From an archaeon (lineage in GTDB: Archaea; Asgardarchaeota; Thorarchaeia; Thorarchaeales; Thorarchaeaceae), in assembly GCA_024275415.1 (NCBI GenBank), contig JAJRZD010000034.1, forward strand, positions 30,001-62,000: a DNA stretch of 32,000 bases. The letters are read 5' to 3'. Below, piece by piece: positions 25,854 through 32,000 of the stretch. Each line of letters starts with the position of its first letter. The first letter of the stretch is position 1. The translations under genes were made by a program, and so were the position numbers. The notes beneath the pieces are model-generated. The model worked only from the letters and a program-made list of their open reading frames with translations. It made no database searches and was not told where the DNA came from.

Positions 25854-26432
25854 TTGAGAGTGCTAGTCTTTGGAGACGCTCACATTCCAAGCAGGCGCGA
25901 TTCAATCCCTGAAGCCTTCTACTCTCGTATATCTGACACCCCATATGACCTTGCTCTTGTCACAGGCGATCTCACTCGCGAACATGATATGCGCAAGGCA
26001 CTGCCGCCATTACCGCGAACCATAATTGTTCGGGGGAATATGGACTACTATTCAAGTGAATCTCGACACCACGAACAATTGCGGTTGGGTGCATTTGACG
26101 TATTGCTCATACATGGCACCCAGCTCCGTCCACGGGGTAATATCAAACAGCTCTGGGAGATTGCAACCACCATTGGTGCGGACATCGGGATACATGGGCA
26201 TACACATACTGCATCAATTGATTTGTTCAAAGAGAAGCTTTTCTTGAATCCTGGAACCATATCCGGTGCTACTGGGGGGTGGGTTGGTCGGCAAGAGGCA
26301 AGTTTCATCGAGCTGGACATAGATGATGCCAAGATCAGTGTCACACTCTTCAAGAGTGACTGGAATGTCCAGAAGACCTCTACACTTGCTTTCACCATAG
26401 AGGATGGTTGTGTGAAGCGGTCATCTTCCTAG
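25854..26432 (+). CDS. Vps29/YfcE-family metallophosphoesterase
   Basis: GDAHIP, TGDL, RGNMD, IHG, GHTH, NPGT metal-binding motifs. Confidence 0.88.
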   Translation: MRVLVFGDAHIPSRRDSIPEAFYSRISDTPYDLALVTGDLTREHDMRKALPPLPRTIIVRGNMDYYSSESRHHEQLRLGAFDVLLIHGTQLRPRGNIKQLWEIATTIGADIGIHGHTHTASIDLFKEKLFLNPGTISGATGGWVGRQEASFIELDIDDAKISVTLFKSDWNVQKTSTLAFTIEDGCVKRSSS

Positions 26433-26980
26433 CACTCGTTCTCGATGTCCTGCCACGGGTCAGGACTCAGCAATCGCAGGTATACTGCCTTGACAATCGT
26501 ACTAGATAGGTTTAATGTCGCATTGAGCACCTTGTCTGGATTTCCAGTCAGCCCTTCCTCGGCATATGCCTTCTTGATCTCCTCCTCTGGCCAGATATCT
26601 CTAGTCCATCTGATAGAACGCAAGAATGCTTCTGTGGTCTTTACTACATCCGGATGCTTTCCTTCCTTGACGCGTCCCAAGGACAACAGGCAGCTTGTTC
26701 TCAGGCATTCAGATATGATAGACTGTAAGGAATCTGAGAGCTTGTGATTTGAGGCACATGCAATTCCGATACCCATCAATAACATCCGTATCCTGTCAAG
26801 GAGAACCCCGACATGTACGTTGACAATCCTCTTAGTCCTCATAGATGCCTTCCAATCATCATATCGCTCATTCACCCTCTCAAGCTCCACAATATGGTGT
26901 GAAAGCCTGCCAAGCTTGCGTGAGGGTACCAAAGGACACCAGACTTGCAACATCTCATCACTGGCATCCTTGGTCTGCAT
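26429..26980 (-). CDS. Hypothetical protein
   Basis: 183-aa ORF with helical character, stop overlapping the convergent phosphoesterase; no family recognised. Confidence 0.6.
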   Translation of the reverse strand: MQTKDASDEMLQVWCPLVPSRKLGRLSHHIVELERVNERYDDWKASMRTKRIVNVHVGVLLDRIRMLLMGIGIACASNHKLSDSLQSIISECLRTSCLLSLGRVKEGKHPDVVKTTEAFLRSIRWTRDIWPEEEIKKAYAEEGLTGNPDKVLNATLNLSSTIVKAVYLRLLSPDPWQDIENEC

Positions 26981-27199
26981 TTTCCATATCTGACTCCTTA
27001 TCGTTTGCCTTCGGTGTTAACGCCGGCTGTTTCCTTTTGAAACTAGCTCGCCTGTAATTGTGGTGTTTGTTTGTCACACTTGCAGTTGTTTGGTAGTTAC
27101 TATATTGCAATCTATGTGTGCCATCTTCAATAAGAGGCATGAGGATTTCTATGACCAACTTGAAATCGAGGGGCTGACCTTTTTGATAAGGTAATTATC

Positions 27200-27569
27200 A
27201 TGGAACTCGATGACAAGTATTCAATAAGCACAGAGGTCATGTTCGAGGCACTGACTCTGATCGATATTCCCAAAGGGATAGAATCATGCTCTAAGAAGGC
27301 AGAATCATACGTTGTGCGAAGTGAATGATTCTGTCATCCGTCTAGGAGTGATCCACGGCGAATTCCATTGGCATAGACACATCAATGAGGACGAGCTCTT
27401 CTATGTCGTAGACGGACAACTCCTTGTCGATTTGGAGGGGCGTACCATTGAGGTCAATTGTGGCAAAGCGCTTCTTGTTCCCCGCGGAGCCCTTCACCGA
27501 ACATGAGCACCTGTAAGGACTGTCTTCCTCATGGTTGAAGGATGTGGTGTGAAGCCAACAGGTGACTGA
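27200..27569 (+). pseudogene. Cupin-domain protein pseudogene (frameshift near 27295; in-frame TGA at 27504-27506)
   Basis: Frame 1 MELDDKY...LIDIPKGIESCSKK; shifted frame QNHTLCEVNDSVIRLGVIHGEFHWHRH..EDELFYV.DG...VPRG..HRT*APVRTVFLMVEG.GVKPTGD, the usual cupin C-terminus. Confidence 0.85.
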
Positions 27570-27609
27570 AAAAAGAGCATAGGAGGCGGGGTATGCCTCC
27601 CATCAAAAT

Positions 27610-28554
27610 CTATTTCCTGAGCTTTAACCAGATAGCGACGATTGCCACTACTGCCACTCCACCAACAACCATCAGTGTGGTTGTCGAATCCAATGGCAGG
27701 GTATCTGCTGATGCGATTCCCAACACAGGGTCGTAGATCAACGTGTCATTCCCGAAGTACTCAAATGCTAAATATACTGACTCTCCTCTTTCACCGCCCA
27801 TGCCTTCACCGTAGCTGGCTCTGACTTGAAGGGAGTTCTGAGACTCCAGTGCGAGGGCTTCCTCCTCATAATGCATGTATGCATTGTCGAAGTTGAACTT
27901 AGTTCCTACCTTGTGGAACCCTCTAGGATTCCTCTCGGGCATCCCTTCGCCATGACCGCTCTCAGTGATGGTGAATTGTAGGACTAGGATTGAACTATCA
28001 TATGTCCAGTTCCAGCCATCGATAATGACATCGAACTTCACTTCTCCCGGGTTGTCCATGTATAGATGGACTCGGATTTGAACCATGACATCAAATGCCA
28101 CCATGTCAGGTATCTGCCAATTTTCGCCCATGGGCCGTGGGTCGAACTCTGTGGTCGTGGTGAAGTTGAAGTGGACAGCTGTAATGTTATCGCCTTCACT
28201 CTCGGTTTCAAAACCGCTGAACTCCCAGCCCGATGTTGGGAGCATGAAACGAGCTCCTATGACCTCGTCCACCCCGCGAGTGAAAACGTTGTCCCCGTCC
28301 GTGTCATTGGCCTCGAAAAGACTCACAAAGAGCATGTGATAGTCTATGGATTCGTTATTCGGATCCCACCAGAAAAAGTGTGGCACCTGATTTGCACCGA
28401 CCACCTTGACGCTCAATTCGTCAGTGCTTAGAGTGACGACGCCTGCAGAATGGTTGTACTGCAATCCGTTGCCCTGTGCGGAAGCTGCCGGAATGCTTAT
28501 GGCCAACATGCCGACCGCCAGCAGCGAGAGTATAATTTTCATGTGATTATTCAT
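27610..28554 (-). CDS. Predicted cell-surface glycoprotein (signal peptide, beta-rich domain, C-terminal TM anchor)
   Basis: N-terminal signal peptide, seven N-x-S/T sequons, DTDGD acidic loop, C-terminal TM followed by KLRK. Confidence 0.8.
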   Translation of the reverse strand: MNNHMKIILSLLAVGMLAISIPAASAQGNGLQYNHSAGVVTLSTDELSVKVVGANQVPHFFWWDPNNESIDYHMLFVSLFEANDTDGDNVFTRGVDEVIGARFMLPTSGWEFSGFETESEGDNITAVHFNFTTTTEFDPRPMGENWQIPDMVAFDVMVQIRVHLYMDNPGEVKFDVIIDGWNWTYDSSILVLQFTITESGHGEGMPERNPRGFHKVGTKFNFDNAYMHYEEEALALESQNSLQVRASYGEGMGGERGESVYLAFEYFGNDTLIYDPVLGIASADTLPLDSTTTLMVVGGVAVVAIVAIWLKLRK

Positions 28555-28745
28555 TTTATCACCAAGAGCAACTGTCCTTACAGGTAATATAATGACTCTT
28601 AGAAACGATGGTTACATGAGGTAGAAAAACAGCACTCATAACATCCTGCTTCACAAAGCAAGTTTTATCAACGGTTCTAAAGGTCGTACTCATTGTTATA
28701 TCTTTGAGCCACATATTAATATCCCTCTGAGAATATAGCCGGGGC

Positions 28746-29327
28746 ATGGTCGCCATTCAGTGGGGCTTTGAGGATGGTCACAGATTGCAAATCGCAGAGA
28801 TACTGTATGAATCTCTTGGAAAGAAATTCATCCCCGTGTTCGGTAAGCGGGACTCATGCGTTCCCTGTATCTCTGCTATCCTCCGACCTGAAAGAACCCT
28901 CACTGCAACAACCGGTAATCAGGTCGCTGGCATCGCGGGATTGCAATTCAAAGGCTCTGGTTATCTTGACACAAGACTCAGGACGCTTACACACTATCTT
29001 CGTTTTGGCGTGCTGAAAGCCATCTTCAATGGCTGGCTTCTTGAATCAAAAGTACGGGATGACGAACTCCATTTTGACACGATTGCAGTCACACCACGCT
29101 TTCGCGGACTAGGGATTGGCAGTCAATTGATACGACACGTGATCGATTTTGCCGGTGACGAAGGATTCTCATGCATCAAGCTCTTTGTCATAAATACAAA
29201 CTCACGTGCCAAGCGGCTCTACGAACGACTCGGGTTCGATTCCCGTGCGCATACTGCCATCCCCTTCCCTTGGAGTCGCACCTTCGGGTTCTCTGAGGCT
29301 GTAGAAATGGTCTTGGCTCTGAATTAG
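28746..29327 (+). CDS. GNAT-family N-acetyltransferase
   Basis: IAV...FRGLGIGSQL acetyl-CoA motif; V..TN..AK.LYERLGF. Confidence 0.9.
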   Translation: MVAIQWGFEDGHRLQIAEILYESLGKKFIPVFGKRDSCVPCISAILRPERTLTATTGNQVAGIAGLQFKGSGYLDTRLRTLTHYLRFGVLKAIFNGWLLESKVRDDELHFDTIAVTPRFRGLGIGSQLIRHVIDFAGDEGFSCIKLFVINTNSRAKRLYERLGFDSRAHTAIPFPWSRTFGFSEAVEMVLALN

Positions 29328-29846
29328 TCTGCCAATTCCTTTTCCATGCTCGTGTCCCCTTCGGGATACCTGCAGATGGTTATGTCTGAAGCACAATCTA
29401 TCTCATTGATTCCGCAGAAAAAAGACCACGTCAAAGGGCGGTATCGTGAGTTGTTGATTGAACTAATCCCTCACAATACAAAATATCTGAACTTCTTGGA
29501 TTCCACGGGAGGTGGGGCAATCTCTGGAATCCGTCTATTCTTCTTCGACCCCCTCCTTTCCGTTGACTGGGGTTTAATTGAAAGGATTGCGAAGCAGCGG
29601 ATCACATACCCTATCATTCCGGGACTCCAGTGGTTTGAAATCAATTAACTCCTGGTTTTTTACTTTCGATGTAACGCAATCGAATGCGCGGTCGAGGCCA
29701 TCCATATTCACCAATCCCCTCTTTTGTTCTTGATATTCGTTTCTTCTTGCTGCGCCTTGCAGGAATTAGTCCAGTGTCTTTTCTCTTTTGCATGTATGTA
29801 TTGGTGTTCATCGGATCTCGCACCGTTCATCGTCATCTGGTCTCCA

Positions 29847-29909
29847 GAGTCTTGCCCTCCCAGAAAACGGCACTGGGAATGACTCTGTGTGGACCGCATC
29901 GCCTGTCAT
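29847..29909. repeat. Dispersed diverged repeat, copy B (core 29847-29877)
   Basis: GAGTCTTGCCCTCCCAGAAAACGGCACTGGG, 28/31 identical to 1051-1081, same orientation. Here it sits inside a longer hairpin CAGAGTC...TCCCAG-N9-CTGGGA...GACTCTG. Confidence 0.75.
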
Positions 29910-30090
29910 TCGACCTTATGTCTTTGTACTGTCCGGTTCCATTTAACCACCTGCCACGAGATGTCCAACTCTCACGCAGCTCGTACCAACCCTCCAGATA
30001 TCATTTGGGCGAGTAGTAACTCCCTCGCACCTCCCAAATCCGACACCCCACAGCAATGTTAATATTGCATTCATTATTGACTCCTCCTTA

Positions 30091-30252
30091 GCCGCCGTGG
30101 CTCAGTAGGTAGATGATACCTATTTTGGTATCAACCGAAAGCGACAGCCTGTTACCTTTCGGTCAACCAGACTGGGAGCCAGACAGTTGTTGGTCGGAGG
30201 TTCGAGAGACCGTCAAATAAAACATAGCGGTCAGAAAACCCTCCCGGCGGCG
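30091..30252 (+). tRNA. tRNA-Asn(GTT) with three introns (22/23: 30113-30139; 37/38: 30155-30184; 59/60: 30207-30238); CCA not encoded
   Basis: Exons join to the 73-nt GCCGCCGTGGCTCAGTAGGTAGAGCGACAGCCTGTTAAGTTGTTGGTCGGAGGTTCGAGCCCTCCCGGCGGCG. Acceptor GCCGCCG/CGGCGGC, D-stem GCTC/GAGC, anticodon stem ACAGC/GTTGT, loop CT-GTT-AA, T-stem GGAGG/CCTCC. Each junction is BHB-like. Confidence 0.93.
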
Positions 30253-30369
30253 CTATTCCACTTTGTTTCCATAGTGTGTATCTAGTTTGGGGCCAAACTG
30301 GTGGCACTTCTATCTACTGCGCAACCACTCTTGGACAGCCCGTCGCTTCCTGATATCATTGGGAGGGCA

Positions 30370-31998
30370 TTATATGGCCCAACGAATCGTGTCCTCAAGC
30401 GAGTCAGTAGTGGCAATCCAGCAGACTGAAACCCTGTCAGTTCTTGGATAGTAAGATACACGTCTAGGAAAGAAGGAAACAGCAAAGCCCAATCCTTCGG
30501 CAAGGCGGCACTCGTCTCTGATGAGGTTATTGATTGACATATTCACGACGTTAAGGAGGTTTGTGACAGTTTCGGCAATGGCAGGGTCGTTATCTTCCTG
30601 CAGTTCCTTAAGCTTATTGATAGACAGGGTGGACTTTGGGATCAAGCCTCTGATGGTCTTCCCCTCTTTCTTTATGAGTTCAATCTCCTCTTGTCCTATC
30701 ATCGACTCCATATCATAGTGCTCCTTCTCCATATTGACATGGATGGCATGGCTACGAGACCACATGAATCTCCCACGCCCGAAGCTTCCATCTTCGGGAA
30801 TAAGCTCTTCAAGATAGGCGCGTTTGGACTCGTCTGACCAATCAACATACGTGGGAGGAAGTCCTGGGTTGTTGATGGTTTTGTTACCGGGAGTCATCCC
30901 GTCATCCAAAAGAACCAATCCAATCTGGCAATGGATATGAATGTCATATTTGCCTTTGCGGTATTTAGGTTCGAGCAAAATAGTCCCAAACTCACTAATG
31001 GTATCCTGTACTCTCAGAATCCTTCCCATGTGTGCCTCGTTATACGCAATTCGGCCAGTCGGCCATAGATGACAATCACTGATGACCACCGCCGTAAGCC
31101 TTGCCTTTAATATTTCAAGTTTTTTTCCTTCAGGAAACCGTGGATTCTTAATTCCTGCTCGTCCGCTTATTCCTGCTATCTTGACTACTAGTCCTTCGAG
31201 ATTCGACAATCTTCTTCGGGAGCCATCAAGATACATCCTGATGATTTTCCCTTCGAGGCGAGTGCTGTAAACGTCGAGAGGTCGTTTCCTTGCGGGTTGT
31301 CCCTCGTCGTTATCCATGAACTGTCTGACAATCTCGTTGATGCGTGGCAAGTCCCTGCGTAGAGTCCCATTGAGTCCTAGTGTCTTCCGCAGTTGGTCGA
31401 TTATCCTGACGACGTCGCCTCGATGTCTGAAATAGAAGAACTGATCCTCATAAGGTCGCACGAGTTCATCAGGTCTGTGCATGGGCACCCATGCGTACAT
31501 CGTGTTCTCGACCAGCGCCAAACGAGCTCGCACATGGACAAGTCCGAGAGCAGATGAAAGGGAATCCTCTATCCGTTGTTTGTTTGCGCGAAGGTATTGC
31601 TCGATCTGCCTGATCCTACCGGTTTCAAGTTCAGGATACAAGATTGCACGATAAAACCTCTCATTGACAGTAGGACTGTTTCTTATCATCTCTGCAATCG
31701 CAGAAACTAGATTCATCTGAGTGAGTTCTTTCGCGTTTTTGATGGTTTCAAGGGCATCGTGGACGAGATGTTTCTCTATCGTGTGGGCGGTTAGCGACTC
31801 AAAGAGGTCTAGACTTGTGGTGTCATACATTCTTTCGAGGGTGGCTCTGTCTATCTCTGGGTTGCTCTTCTGCCACCCACTGATGATACATTCTTCCTCA
31901 TGCTTTCTGAGGTCTTTGATCTGAGCTGGTTCGATGGCATTCCACGAATTGGTCACAAATCCCTTGCTGACGCCGTATTTTACCGCAATCTCATCGCG
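30370..31998 (-). CDS. HTH + LAGLIDADG-like (homing endonuclease fold) protein; 5' end lies beyond the window
   Basis: Frame is open to the edge (RDEIAVKYGVSKGFVTNSW, HTH-like). Degenerate LAGLIDADG-like helices ARLTAVVISDCHL and KRAYLEELIPEDGSF lie about 95 aa apart; no intein splice motifs seen. Confidence 0.6.
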   Translation of the reverse strand, partial: RDEIAVKYGVSKGFVTNSWNAIEPAQIKDLRKHEEECIISGWQKSNPEIDRATLERMYDTTSLDLFESLTAHTIEKHLVHDALETIKNAKELTQMNLVSAIAEMIRNSPTVNERFYRAILYPELETGRIRQIEQYLRANKQRIEDSLSSALGLVHVRARLALVENTMYAWVPMHRPDELVRPYEDQFFYFRHRGDVVRIIDQLRKTLGLNGTLRRDLPRINEIVRQFMDNDEGQPARKRPLDVYSTRLEGKIIRMYLDGSRRRLSNLEGLVVKIAGISGRAGIKNPRFPEGKKLEILKARLTAVVISDCHLWPTGRIAYNEAHMGRILRVQDTISEFGTILLEPKYRKGKYDIHIHCQIGLVLLDDGMTPGNKTINNPGLPPTYVDWSDESKRAYLEELIPEDGSFGRGRFMWSRSHAIHVNMEKEHYDMESMIGQEEIELIKKEGKTIRGLIPKSTLSINKLKELQEDNDPAIAETVTNLLNVVNMSINNLIRDECRLAEGLGFAVSFFPRRVSYYPRTDRVSVCWIATTDSLEDTIRWAI

Positions 31999-32000
31999 TT

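Noticed and set aside
27504-27506. Selenocysteine TGA in the cupin
   Set aside because: The position aligns with Arg, not Cys; the gene also has a frameshift; no SECIS-like element identified.
29330-29660. Group I/II intron, RNase P or SRP RNA
   Set aside because: Only partial look-alikes (e.g. TCCAGAGA) in the wrong order; no P7 pair, domain V, RNase P CR-I/CR-V or SRP helix 8 motifs.
29641-30060. Selenoprotein reading of the TGA-interrupted minus-strand frame
   Set aside because: No start codon in frame, TGAs are not in Cys-like redox motifs, and the nearby ATGA-containing sequence does not fold into a SECIS-type helix.
1-32000. CRISPR array, rRNA gene, transposase or integrase
   Set aside because: No regularly spaced repeats, rRNA signatures, DDE/HUH transposase or tyrosine/serine recombinase motifs were seen.

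Overview
Densely packed archaeal chromosomal window, mostly housekeeping. Gene style suggests an Asgard (Thorarchaeia-like) genome; this is an inference, not a database result. Left end: the conserved rpl44e-rps27e-aIF2alpha operon (aIF2alpha cut by the window edge and absent from the ORF track), Sec61beta, a MazG-like NTP pyrophosphatase and glyA. Middle: FTR1, a linalool dehydratase/isomerase-like gene, GT4, a COG1665-like nucleotidyltransferase, trm5, pcm, ribK, translin, tyw1, a radical SAM protein, psmB, nog1, rtcA, nadM, proS, a 2-hydroxyacid dehydrogenase, a MutS5-like ATPase and a Vps29/YfcE phosphoesterase. Right end: accessory genes and a 5'-truncated HTH + LAGLIDADG-like gene. Most notable: (1) two tRNA genes hidden in apparently intergenic DNA, tRNA-Lys(CTT) at 3964-4129 and tRNA-Asn(GTT) at 30091-30252, each split by three short BHB-type introns, five of the six at non-canonical positions; (2) a secreted Ldi homolog with intact catalytic motifs coupled to an ECF S-component-like gene; (3) a diverged dispersed repeat (31-nt core, about 60 nt overall) shared by the two largest non-coding gaps; (4) tandem GTTAG-N6-CTAAC palindromes upstream of FTR1; (5) a proteasome beta subunit with Thr1 replaced by Ala; (6) several genes with in-frame stops. 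All folding and motif alignment was done by eye.
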